From: Tubulanus polymorphus
Taxonomy: Eukaryota; Animalia; Nemertea
Direction: 5' to 3'
Assembly: GCF_964204645.1 (NCBI RefSeq)
Contig: NC_134029.1
Span: 22,190,950-22,254,949, forward strand
DNA: 64,000 nucleotides
This document shows, in pieces, positions 14,678 to 29,883 of this stretch. Each line of letters begins with the position of its first letter. The first letter of the stretch is position 1. Below the pieces are notes generated by a model. It saw only the letters and a list, made by a program, of their open reading frames with translations, was not told the DNA's origin and did no database searches. A program made the translations under genes and the position numbers.

Positions 14678-17600
14678 TTAAGCGGTCATTTCGTATAATC
14701 CTTTCACTCGATTATTTTTCGGATCGAACGGGGTCTGTACGTGAACAGTCGCGTCGTACGAAGTGCCCATTTGTTCGAGGCGATATTGTCCGGATTTCAA
14801 GAATGCGTTGTTGACCGTCTTTCCTTCGGGATGACAGACGTACCCGTATCCGATACTTTTACCCAGCGCGAACGCGTACTCGGCTCGCCGAATATAACCC
14901 ACTGGAATATCATCCCTGAATATTGCCTCTAAACCGTGCAGTGGTACATGACTGAAAACGTAAATAAAGTGATGAATTTAATGATTGTCGTGGCCAACCT
15001 TTGAAAAGTTCTATCAGTAACAATCTTTGAGGACTTAGAAGATTTTAAATACTTACTCATCGATTGTGAAACAGACTAATTTACGCTTCAAACCATCTGC
15101 TTTCTGCTTCTCTAATGCATCTCTACCGAGGAACGGGATGTCCGTTTTCATTTTACAAGTAAATGCCAGTGCTGCCTCTAGTGGCGTGTCATCGGGACGA
15201 AGATCGGCGTGCCAATGTCGATATCCTACGTTATAGAAAAGACTTGTAGATCAGATTCTAAGAGAAATGTGTGGCATTCGGGTAATCGCATATTAGTACA
15301 ATAGTCACACTCGGGACATGGAAAATAGATGAAAATAGATTGTGTGGAGCAGTGTGGCTTAGTGGTAGAGTGCTCGCCACCCAATCGGGAGGTTGCGTGT
15401 TCGAACCCCGGCTGTGCTGTAGTGTCCTTAGGCAAGGCATTAATTCACAATTGCTACTGGCTGACGACGCCTTGATCGCTCTGCAGCGTATCGGTGTTGC
15501 ATCTCCCCAGGGAGAGTAAGAATGTACTGGATTGGTAACAGAAGCTGGGTAATAATTGAGTGACAGCGCTTTGAGCATTCATTGGAAAGGCGCTATATAA
15601 GCACTAATTATTATTATTATTATTATTATGAAGGGTTCATACACCACACCTGATGATGATGACCTCCAGATCGAGTCTAGTGTCTTAAGATTTTTATTTT
15701 TGGATAAATAAATTTGGTATTTCATCTAATAAATTTGGTATATACATGTAGTGGGTTTTAATCTTAAAAATCGCATACCTTTTTCAATGCTTAATGAATC
15801 GATGGCTCTGTAACCCGCATTACAGGCGCCGTAATCCTTGCCTTCCCGCATTACAGCTTCGTACACTGCGACTAGTGATTCATTAGGAACGTGCAATTCC
15901 CAGCCGAGTTCACCGACAAACGACAGACGCATCGCACGACACTCGTGACCAGCTACTTTCACAACCTGTTGTACGAAATGATTACGAAGAAAATTGGCGA
16001 GAACGAACTAGCATTCGCACGAGATCCTTATCATACGTTTTGTTCATTACCTTGTGAGAAGAAAATGGAAATGCTTCATTTGACAGATCTGTATCAATTA
16101 ACGATTTTAGAATATCGCGACTGAAAGAAATAATCGTCAAATAAATAAGACATTCTTCTGGATTGTTTCACCGCACTCACTTTTAGAGTCATCTCATTCT
16201 TACCTTTTAGGACCTTGAACGCTCAACATTCCCATATCATCGGTATGGTCTATCAACTGACAATTGAACTTTTGATCCTGTATGATTGACGTAATATGAC
16301 TCCACCCCTGTTGTCCTGCGGCTCCGCCCACAGCTAAATAATATCCTACACCTTCAAAAAGATGGACATTGCACATCAACTGGCATGTAAATCCAGGTGG
16401 ATGATCTATGAAACTTCGGTAAAAATACGGGATACATACCATCAAATTTAGGCGCGTGTGGACCTCCTGAACCTGGTTCTATCACGGATACAGTCAGATC
16501 ACCTTCTACTCCTCCTTGTTTATTCAGCATACAAGTATACACCGTACTACCTATAAATACACATACACAATACGATCAACATAGTGGACTGTAACCATAC
16601 CGTTAAGTGTCACATCTCAGCAGGCTAGCTACCTGGATCTTTCCTCAGATTGTTGGTGAAAATCCAATCAACTGCTTTCGCCGCGTCTGGCCCGACGAGG
16701 TAAAACTTTCCGAAGTAAGACATGTTAAACACTGCAGCTTTCTCGCGACAAGTCAAACATTCTTCTTTAATCTAAAGGTAAACAAATCTTACGATATCAA
16801 TTCATGATACGAAATAATCAATATACTAACATGAGGGTACAATACTTACTAGGTCGTGATGTTTTGGGAATTCGAAGAAATAATCCAACTTAAGTTTGTC
16901 GAAGTATCCATTATTCTCATTCGCAGGGATATCATAATTACCATAGTAGTCGTACTCTAGTGGCTGAAAAAAAAAAAAGAAAATATTTACGTTTAAACTT
17001 GAATTTGAAGTGATCGATATCACGATCTGTAACAAACGAAGTTGGGCACTCACCGGAACTGGGCCGTCTTTATTGAACCAACCAGGCCTCTCCCATCCGT
17101 GGCGCTCTTGAAAATGACATCCTTGCTCGGCTAAAACCTGGACACGATAAGAATAATAATATCTCTGGGATCTGGATTTTCAGTGTTTCAAATAAAGAAA
17201 TGTGCGAGGAGTTTACCTGATAGAGAGGATCTTTCCTCATATTACGAGACGCCAGCGGTTCATCGTGCGGAAATACCGTCGCGTAATTCTTAGCGTAAGC
17301 TTCGTGACTACGTTCTTTGATCCAACGATTATTATCAGTGAGTTTATGAGGAAAACGTCTGCAGGTGAAATGAAATTAATGAGAGCTCTCAGAATCAAAC
17401 AGACGGTCATGTAGTGTCATGTAGCCACGTGCTACATGTATTTCCACATGACTATGCCATATTGGTTGACAGAACCTTGAAGTTTGTAAATATCCTGATT
17501 AAATTTTGTTTTCGTTATGTAAGGCAAGTTTCCAGCACTGGTTGGCGAACAAACTATGACGCGACCTCTATCCTGGCAAGAGAGTCATTTGTACTGAATT

Positions 17601-20118
17601 ACAGGTGAAAATTTATCTATACCTTATATCATAGGAGAACATGTCGAATTGAGGTTGACCATGAACGATCCATCGAGCTAATTCACGACCACATCCACCA
17701 CCTAACATCATACCGGAACTATTGAAACCACATCCGAGGAAGAAACCACGCACCTCCGGCGATTCACCCATCAACGGTTTGTGATCGGCAGTGAACGATT
17801 CTAAATCACACAATAAGGGAGCATTCATTAAATATGGTTTATATGCAAGTTATAGCAGCCAAAAGTAAACCGTCTGCTTATGAACATTAAATTCCATCCC
17901 ACTCACCTGGACCACAGACAGTCGATTTGACACCAGTTTGTTCGATAACCGGGACGCGATTAATAGCACCTTCGATATGTACACCGAATACATCCCAATC
18001 CAACTCGAACAGCGAAAACGCAAAATCTTTATCCACCTACAATAAACAAGCATTAAATCGAACAAAATTTTAGACGGCGTAAACCTTTTTCATGGTGTCA
18101 AATTTTTGTACCTGTTCCCAGAATATTGGGTTCGGTTCGTATCCTCCGATCGACAAGGCGTCGCCCTGTAAACGCAGGTAAACAGACGCGTCGTGATCTC
18201 GAACGTTCGGCATATTCTGAATCCCTTCGATTCGTTCCGATACGACGTACGCGTGTTTCATCGCGATCAACGGAACGTTTACTCCGGCCATTCTACCCAA
18301 TAACGGAGCCCAAACACCTACGCGATCAACATCATTACATTTAACGATGAGAGTTCGAGAGAAAAACTCGCCAATTCATTCAACTTACCCGCACAATTAA
18401 CAACGCAGTTAGTTTCAATTGTGCCTTTACTGGTTTCTACAGAAGCCACTCTACGTACACCAAAATCATCTTCCTTGACATTGATTCCAGTCACTGAGCA
18501 ATCAGTTACTACCTGGAAAATACATAAAAGGACCTTACATATCGGGGTAGCCGTTGTTCAACCCTGTAACGAATGGTATTCAAATTACCTGAGCTCCAGC
18601 TCGAGTGGCCCCGCGTGAGAGAGCTGAACAGAAACCAGCGGGATCCATCGTACCATCTCCCGGGCTATACAACGTACCATACACATCGTCTACATTCATC
18701 AGTGGATAAAGATCCTTCGTTTCCTTCTTGCCCAAGATGTACGATTCAACGCCATAAACTTTCCCAATCTAGAATCAGATGAATTTCGATAAAATTCCAG
18801 ATAATTCTTCGATAAGGTGTAAATAACTTTGTTTACATGTGCGTACATGTGCATGTGCTTTGTGTACTATCAGTCAATCTGAACTCAGATAAGACCCAGT
18901 TCAGCTCAGACTTCATCTAACTGGTCAGAACAGCCTTGTTCGATATTAATATCAGATAATTACTGATATCACTTTTTGAAGTACTCGGTACAAAGGTTTT
19001 AGCTTCTCTGTATTGAACTTTGTAATGAGAATTTTGTAAGACCAGAGTTCACGAAAAACAAACATTCAATCATTCGTTTATCTGTTCGACAACGACGCTT
19101 ACGCTTAAAAGTCGTTTATATTCGTCGAGTCGTTCCTTGTTCGAAGCGATAAATAGACCGCCGTTTTCGATCCATCCCGGCACGACCCCGGTCTCCACCT
19201 CCAGTTGTTTCAGGAGGTCACGTGTATAATTAATGAGTTGTATTTCCACATCGTTCGGTCTTAGACGCCACAACAAACCTGTCAACAGTTAAATTTTTAA
19301 GATCAATTCGAAAAAAATGGCTGCATCGTAGGCCTAAGTCTTTCAAGGAGCAAGTGCTTTGCACATAATCACATTTGGAAAGGCGCTAAGAAAAGGAACA
19401 ACTCTCCAATTCTCTATTGATTACTGTTTCTTTTGAATATCAAAGATACCAACCTGCTGTATGCCAGGTAGTTCCAGCAGTCAACTGATCTTTTTCAATA
19501 AGTACAGCATTCTTAACCCCCAATTTTGTGAGGTGATACAGAGTATTACAGCCTATAGATCCACCTCCAATAACAACCACCTCCGCTGATTTCGGGACGG
19601 TCTTTTCTCCATTTCTATTGTCTTCTAAAGTATTTCTGTTAAAGATATGGTCGATTAAAAACGTTACGTTAAATGATTCTTAAGCGTATGAAATTGGACT
19701 TAGGGCAATTTGCCAATAACTGTGTATTTAGAAATTTCTGGAGGCTAATTGCTAAATTTCGCAATTGTTGGTTTCTATCTAGGTAAGAGATTGTCTAATT
19801 CAATAGAAGAACAGCCCTAAATATGAAGAAAAACTAGACGAGTATTTGATGCTTCAACTCAATTCAGTTTTTAAAATGGCTCGAATAGAATTCAGTCAAA
19901 ACGAAAAATTCTCTCTTCGTTTTTCTTAATATTGTGGGTTTTTCTCAAGGCTAATTCTATCTCATGATTATCAATTCTATCGATTGTTGGTTAGTTTCAA
20001 TTGGCACTTACTTATAAGGTACACCACTTGGTGCCGATGTGGATGAACAAGCACGTGCAGTACCACTAGATGGACATTTCTTCAAGGCAGACAGCCTCGG
20101 AAACACCGTCCGCAACAT
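14678..20118 (-). CDS. SARDH: Sarcosine dehydrogenase, mitochondrial (multi-exon)
   Basis: Presequence [14 protein letters not shown]; FAD motif [17 protein letters not shown]; [19 protein letters not shown]; [30 protein letters not shown]; [38 protein letters not shown]; GCV_T region [13 protein letters not shown]; C-terminal [13 protein letters not shown]. Confidence 0.95.
15346..15629 (+). mobile_element. tRNA-derived SINE with CORE-like centre and L2-like tail ending in (ATT)n, antisense within a SARDH intron
   Basis: Pol III A box (tggcttagtgg) and B box (gttcgaaccc); gtgtccttaggcaaggcattaa resembles the CORE/MIR segment GTGACCTTGGGCAAGTCACTTAA; the 3' end gcgctatataagcact is followed by (att)n. 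Confidence 0.88.
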
Positions 20119-20274
20119 GATAACGCTAAACCTATTGATACGAAACACCTGCGCTCATTAAATGTCAATAATAGGCCTGCTTCTAAACATGAATCATAGA
20201 TTTAGTGAAACACAGTTGTGTAAGGAAATTTAGAATAAACGCTTTACACGAGCCTATAAATTGAATGCTTATCT

Positions 20275-20467
20275 CACTGGGGCTCGTATTTGAAGTTTGG
20301 GGTGAACTGTAGCTTAGATCATCCAATATTCCTGTGGTACTATATATATATAAAAAGTTATATTCTTAGCTTAGATATATATTCTTTTTATTTATATAGT
20401 ACCAGGGATACTGGATGATTTTAGCTACAGTTCACCCCCCCCCAAACTTCAAATACGAGCCCCTGTG
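20275..20467. mobile_element. 193-bp fold-back MITE with an 8-bp TSD (hAT- or P-like)
   Basis: Long TIRs cactggggctcgtatttgaagtttggggtgaactgtagct... / ...agctacagttcacc(c)ncaaacttcaaatacgagcccctgtg; the direct repeat gcttatct flanks it at 20267-20274 and 20468-20475. Confidence 0.9.
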
Positions 20468-21213
20468 GCTTATCTGTCAGAATTTGAAATATCAGTTTGT
20501 GGTAATATCAGAATCTCATTTCTTAAATCGAAAACCTTACCGAAATAATTCAGAAAATTCTCCTATTATTAATTATCACCTGTGTATCAATTCAAATATT
20601 CTATCCAAATGAAATCTAAATTATATAGGGAACAAGGTTAGTTTGATAAAATCTTGATTACAGTATATAGGCCTAACACCAGTCAAAACCAGTTTAGTTT
20701 ACGTTTAGGGATTTAGGGCAGTACGGTGATCACTGCGTACGTGGAGTTATCTTTTAACAACACAGTGGCGGTCATTTGAATGATACCAGTTTAAAAATGG
20801 CACTTATATAACACAGCTGCTTAATGTGAAACATAGAGCCTTAAGCAGGGATGATAACATTAACAGGCTATTTAAAAGGCGAAAAATAAGTTTTAAGTTA
20901 AGGGGTTGTTGTACTACTCACTCAATTTAAATTTATTTCATCACTCGATTCAAATTTATTATAAATTTTTAGTGGTTTCTTAATGTGTATTTTTTGCACT
21001 GTTATTGAATAAAAAGATATTTTACGTTAAAATTAAATTGCGAATATGCTACTACAACTTTTTGTTGTTGTTATTGTACGGACACGGAACCGGACTCGGT
21101 GGCAACGTAGACTGGTTACCGGTCTCTATGGAGACATTCTAAGGGCAATTTTCCCGAAATTTCCATCGAAGATAGAGCCAGTGCAAGAGCTACAGCCCGG
21201 TGTTTATAATTAT

Positions 21214-21956
21214 CGTCCGGTGCAAGGGCTCCTTGGGGGTGTAATTCACCCCAAAACCCCAAAATAACAAAAATATTGTTAAATACATAAATAAATTCAT
21301 AAATGAAATACAAAACGGCCAAAGTCTGAAACTGGATCTACAGTCCAGTATATAGTTGTTGCCCGATGCAAGGGCTCCTTGGGGGTCTAATTGATGCCCA
21401 AAGCCCCCAAAATATCAATTATAATGTTTAGAAATAAATAAGTGAAATACAAAACGGTCAAAGTCTCTGAAACTTTCAGAGAAGATAGAACTATTCGAGA
21501 GTACAGTCCAGTATATAGTTGTTGCCCGGTGCAAGGGCTCCTTGGGGGTCTAATTGACGCCCAAAGACCCCAAAATATCAAAAATAATGTTTAGAAATTA
21601 ATAAGTAAAATACAAAACGGTCAAAGTCTCTGAATCTTTCAGAGCAGAACTATTCGAGAGCTACAGTCCAGTATATAGTTGTTGCACGGTGCAAGGGCTC
21701 CTTGGGGGTCTAATTGACGCCCAAAGCCCCCAAAATATCAATAATAATGTTTAGAAATAAATAGGTGAAATAAAAAACGGTCAAAGTCTCTGAAACTTTC
21801 AGAGAAGATAGAACTATTCGAGAGTACAGTCCAGTATATAGTTGTTGCCCGGTGCAAGGGCTCGAGGGTTTAAATGACCCCCAAAAACCCACAATATCGA
21901 AAATAATGTTTAGAAATAAATAAGTAAAATACAAAACGGTCAAAGTCTCTGAAACT
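21214..21956. repeat. Tandem array of ~160-163 bp units (~4.5-5 copies)
   Basis: The unit gcccggtgcaagggctccttgggggtctaattga...caaaacggtcaaagtctctgaaactttcagagaagatagaactattcgagagtacagtccagtatatagttgtt recurs near 21214, 21361, 21524, 21683 and 21847. Confidence 0.95.
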
Positions 21957-23133
21957 TATATAGAGCCCTTCTTACTAGAGGTCAAAAAGTGTAGAGCAGC
22001 TCGTGGACTAGTTACTGACTACTCGTGGACGTGAGACGAGTCAGTGCCGTGGTGGTGGTGAAGCCTACTATCTTTTAAAATATATTGTATTGTGGCTGGG
22101 TTCGATGAATTTGAAATGTCCCAATTCGAAATTTTTGTACATGCTGACAATGATTATTTTACAATTTCAGGGCCAAAAACCGTACACAAATGTTGAGCAA
22201 ACAAAGAAAAAACCTCTTCCTAAAAAAAGTTGAAATGCTGTCCAGTATTCTAATAGATGCGTGTAGTAGCCTATAGAAGTCGTTTGCAATGATATTTCAG
22301 AAGTTATGAATGATTGGAAACGATATGTCAAGACCTCGATTCAGCTATCGAAAAAAATCTCTAACTTCTGCATTTTAATTAATTCATCTATGCCTGAAAC
22401 TAATTTTTTCCCTTTAATACAGAAATAAGTCATTTTACACATAGATATTTTCTTCTTATAAATTAACCTTTCAAATGAATTAATAGTCAGAACATTTTCC
22501 TTATCGTTATTGTTGAATCATTTTCGATATTTACGACGGATCAGAATATTCATTCAACTCAAAATGTTCTTCCATTCGTCTAGCACATGCCTAGATATTT
22601 CGCCGTTTCGTCAAATTTTGTTGTGAGTTTGGGTTTTTTTCGGGAGCTGACATGACAGGTAAGGCCTGTCAGGTTCTGGAAATTCTGCACACAGACATCA
22701 TTCTTCAAATCAGCTGATTGTAAAGTAGTCTTTCAAACTACAGTTGTGGGGAACCCGTTGTTACAACGACTGGTATTCAGAAGGCAAGTTTACCACTGGA
22801 ACCCCTAATAAATACTCGTTGTAGATAATAAGATGACTTCACCTTTTTAGGCAGCTATTTAGCTGATTGACTATCAATATCACATCGACTCGACGACTGG
22901 GCTTGCCACAATTCGATGGATGGAGGAAGACACAGTAGCCTAATAATAAAAGACTAGATACTGCAATTACTGGTGTCACCCATCCTCCATCAAATTGTAA
23001 CAAGGCCTTGTGGGTAGACGAGGCACTTTATGTAGAGTGTATTAGCTGATTGCCGTTCAGTGTTGCTGGCGCTAGGCAGTGTCCTCATACTAATCATGGA
23101 GATGTTGACTCTGTTTACAGGAAACACAGGAAG

Positions 23134-25247
23134 ATGCCTTCGAACGGTAAAGTTGGCACCTACATCATCAGATTCACAAACTGTCATATTTTGCGACAGC
23201 ATAAAATCGTCAAAGATGATTTATGGGTTCGCGATGGTAAATTTCTCGATCCAAATAAACTGTTTTTTGAAGAAAAAGGCTGGTCAGATGTGATAGTGGA
23301 TTGCTTCGGTGCTACAATATCCCCTGGCTACATCGACCTGCAGATTAATGGTATAAATCTTTGATGCATTTAGATTATTACACACGTTTAACAGGTCATT
23401 TTGAGATGTTTGAACTTGAATAATTACAGGTGGTTTCGGCATTGATTTTTCATTGGATACCGAAAATGTAGAAGTCGGATTACAGAAGGTTTCAAAAGGA
23501 CTTTTATCTCATGGGGTAACATCGTTTTGCCCAACCATTGTCACATCTCCTAAAGAAATTTATAACAAGGTAAGAGCCATCAACTCTGATACAGCCATAA
23601 TCACGGATGTGGGCCATGTATTGAGGATTGCCTATGTACACGGTATATGGTTTGAAATGAGAGTTATTAATTTTTTTCTTTTCAGGTTTTACCACATGTC
23701 CAGAAAACGGAAGGTTCTGAGAATGGAGCCGGAATTCTAGGTGAATATATCCGGTCCTACAGTACTCAGAAATCGTACCAAATCATGTCACTGTTACTAC
23801 TACTTGCATTTAAATATGAAATACAGGGGTACATTTAGAAGGACCATTTATAAACTCTGAGAAACGAGGTGCTCATCCTGAAGAACATTTAACCCGGTAT
23901 GACAACGGCTTTTCTGATGTATTATCAACGTACAGTACGCTGAACAACATACGGATTGTTACGATAGCACCAGAACTTCTAAAATCTGTTGAAGTTACGC
24001 AAGAATTAGTAAAACGTGGAATTGTTGTCTCAGTTGGTAAGTTATTAGACGGTTTACTCACGAGCCTGAGAGATGTTTGTAGATGTTTTCTTGATATTCT
24101 CGTTTCAATAGGACACTCGATGGCTAGTTTAGCCGAAGGAGAAGTTGTTGTGAAAGCTGGAGCTTCTTTCATTACACATTTATTCAACGCTATGTTACCG
24201 GTAAATTCTAAAATCTTCTTAACTGCAAATTGAAACGATTTACAGTAGAAGCCGCTTAATTGTTCAGATCATTTTGGACTGATGAAATTCATATAAGAAA
24301 TCCGGTTTAAACATCGTATTTTACATACTTTTCTGATAAGAAGACTGAAGTAGATAACATTCGCTCAAAATTGAGATTAAACTTATATAGATTAAGCAGG
24401 TTTTACTGTATTTTCCGTGATTATGATGGATATATTTTCAGTTCCATCATCGAGATCCTCATCTAGTCGGTTTACTAACTAGCGATCAACGGCCACCCAG
24501 TGGTGAAATATACTTTGGAATGATAGCAGACGGAGCGCATAGTCATCCGGCTGCATTGAGAATTGCACATAAAGTTCACTCAGAAGGTAACGTCCCAGAT
24601 TAGTTACTACTGATCAATACCAGGATTTTTTGGAGCCCTACTGTTCATATGATATCTTGAATTATTTGTAGGTTTAATACTGGTGACAGATGCAGTGCCA
24701 GGATTAGGCTTGGAACCAGGGTTCCACACGCTTGGCCAGCTTAAAGTGGAAATTACAAATGTAGCTAAGATAGCTGGTACTGACACTCTATGCGGAAGGT
24801 AGGTCATCCATCATCAAGTACACAGGTTTTTCATTTAAACACTGAAATAAGCTAATTGTTTCTTTGTTCTTTTTCGAAGTATTGCTCCAATGAACGTTTG
24901 TGTGAAGAATTTCTATGAAGCAACTGGTAGGTGAAGCTTTTTCCATTTCTTTTTGAAATTTTGGGACTGAATTATCATAATCGGTCGGTCAGTGCTTTGA
25001 TTTAATATTCAACTGAAAGCGTCAACATTCATTTGTAGAATGCAGTAAAGCAGATGCTTTGGAAAGTGCTACACTTCGCCCGGCCAAACTTCTCGGAATT
25101 ACTGAACAAAAAGGAACTCTAGATCATGGGACAGATGCTGATTTTATTTTACTCGACGACAATTTGAACTTGTTGGCTACATTTATCAGTGGCAAGAAAG
25201 TATGGGAAATTAAAACTGGAACGACGACACATTCTAAGTGCTCTTGA
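23134..25247 (+). CDS. AMDHD2: N-acetylglucosamine-6-phosphate deacetylase (NagA family)
   Basis: [11 protein letters not shown]...[17 protein letters not shown]; [13 protein letters not shown]; [17 protein letters not shown]; VTIAPEL; [16 protein letters not shown]; [17 protein letters not shown]; LVTDA; [11 protein letters not shown]...[12 protein letters not shown]. Confidence 0.95.
24241..24410. mobile_element. Tc1/mariner (pogo/Tigger-like) MITE in an AMDHD2 intron
   Basis: TA-flanked TIRs tacagtagaagccgcttaat ... attaagcaggttttactgta. Confidence 0.75.
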
Positions 25248-25281
25248 TATATTATTCGATAAAATTTCACATTTCCTTTAA

Positions 25282-25457
25282 TACAACAGAATCTGCTTAA
25301 TTCGGATCATTTGGGACCAACAAAATTCATCTGGTTTACGAGAAATCGAGATTAAAAGTCATTTTCTTCTATGAACAAATGGACTGCAGATATTGTCTGG
25401 ATTAGACCAAAATCTGGCCAGATTAGATGGGATTAAGCCGATCTGGGTTTGACTGTT
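25282..25457. mobile_element. Second, more diverged copy of the same pogo-like MITE family, 3' of AMDHD2
   Basis: Shares gcttaatt(..)gatcattt(g/t)ggac and an attaagc...ttt(g)actgt end with the 24241 element. Confidence 0.55.
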
Positions 25458-26065
25458 ACGTACTCTAGTTTTATTGATTAAATGGTTGAAGAAAAACAAT
25501 ATATTTCTATAAGTCTCATCTAAGCAAATTGTATATTTTTTCCTGATTTGAAAATCTTTGAATAATCAGGTCTGTCTCGTTATAATTTCTTGCTAGCTAG
25601 GCAAAATAAATATTTATTTGATTACAACTGTGTTTTCCAATTTTATCTTGAGTCTTGTAATTTCTAGACAAATGGGATCATCATTGATGCATTTCTTCGG
25701 CTAAATTAGATGCGAAATTTCTTATAGAGAATGAAATCTGGCATGATTCTGCAGCAGGAAGTTCGTCGCAAATATTCATTTTTGAAACTAAGCTAATAAA
25801 ATATTTTAAGTCCGGCCCGCAAGCAAGTCTTATCAGATTTTAACCGTTAAGGGCTGCCGCTATATATTACATCAGCGGTAAAAATGTGAACTAAATCGAA
25901 AGCACAATTTTCCTACTGCGGCATGCGAATGCCGGTCAAAGATGAGTACAGGGGCAGCACTGTACAGTTAAGATTTCACCTTAGATGGCAGCAGTGCACG
26001 GTACTGGTTAGCTGTCACTGGAAGGTCGCCGAGAGGACACATAAAACCATAAAAAACTGAGCAAA

Positions 26066-28973
<2,908 letters not shown>

Positions 28974-29883
28974 ATGAAAGAGAATAGATCAACCTCCCCC
29001 TATCATACCATGTGCTTAACTAGTAGCTGACCATAGTCTTTATTTATGTGGTCTTTTTTCAATCCTGTGTCTCTCACTTATTTATTAATAAGCGGCTGTA
29101 CAGATAGACAGATTCTTAACAGAAATAAATAAACATCAATCCAGTTATTTTGTCTGCGTTTTCGTCGTCAATTAGTTTTGAGGTCTTCTGAAATTCTGTA
29201 GAAAGTCATCATCTGATATAAACTTCAGTCGTCTCCGTTTGTACTACCGGTTATTCAAACAGGTATTTGCATTAACCATGTGTAAGTCATCAATTGGAAA
29301 AGTCATCCACATAATAATCGTCCCAGCTAATGACACCTTAAAGCGAGTATGACTGAAGAACCATGAACCAGTACTCGGGAGTCCATGGGCGGATGTTGGA
29401 TCTGCTGACCCAAAAGAAAGAAATAATCTATATGATATTCTCCATCCACTCAAATGTTAGTGTGTTTGTTCTTATCGTTCAAATAAAGGTTATCGGACTA
29501 TGAGAGCGGGGTCTACACTGGAAATATACCTGATCTGCCGAAACAGTCGAAGTTCAACTTCAATTGTCAAGTGATATCAGTAGCGATTGAAGTGTCGTTC
29601 GAAGTCTTCGCTTTTCTCGCTATTGTGTAAGAATATATATTGCGATTCCTACGATTTGTAAAGCATTGCAGCGGATGAACTTGGTCATTTCATTAAAAAG
29701 GACATCAAATCATTTATTATTCGAAAATAAAGATAAACCCATCCAGCAAAAAAACCTAAATAGTATACACCGGTATGAATTAAGTGTACAAAGAAGATAT
29801 GTCCCAAATTCGTTTAAATGTAAACATAGATTTCACCACCTTAAACAAATGTAAATTTCATAAGTGCTATGTTAATTTTTCTG

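Noticed and set aside
15346-15420. tRNA gene
   Set aside because: A and B boxes are present but the acceptor stem is poor, and the sequence runs on into CORE-like and LINE-tail sequence, so it is a SINE head.
21214-21956. CRISPR-like array or coding repeats
   Set aside because: Whole ~163-bp units repeat with no unique spacers in a eukaryotic context; the small ORFs are repeat artefacts.
29244-29453. 69-aa minus-strand ORF between PGK and the zinc-finger gene
   Set aside because: No recognisable homology or splice context; probably UTR or intergenic.
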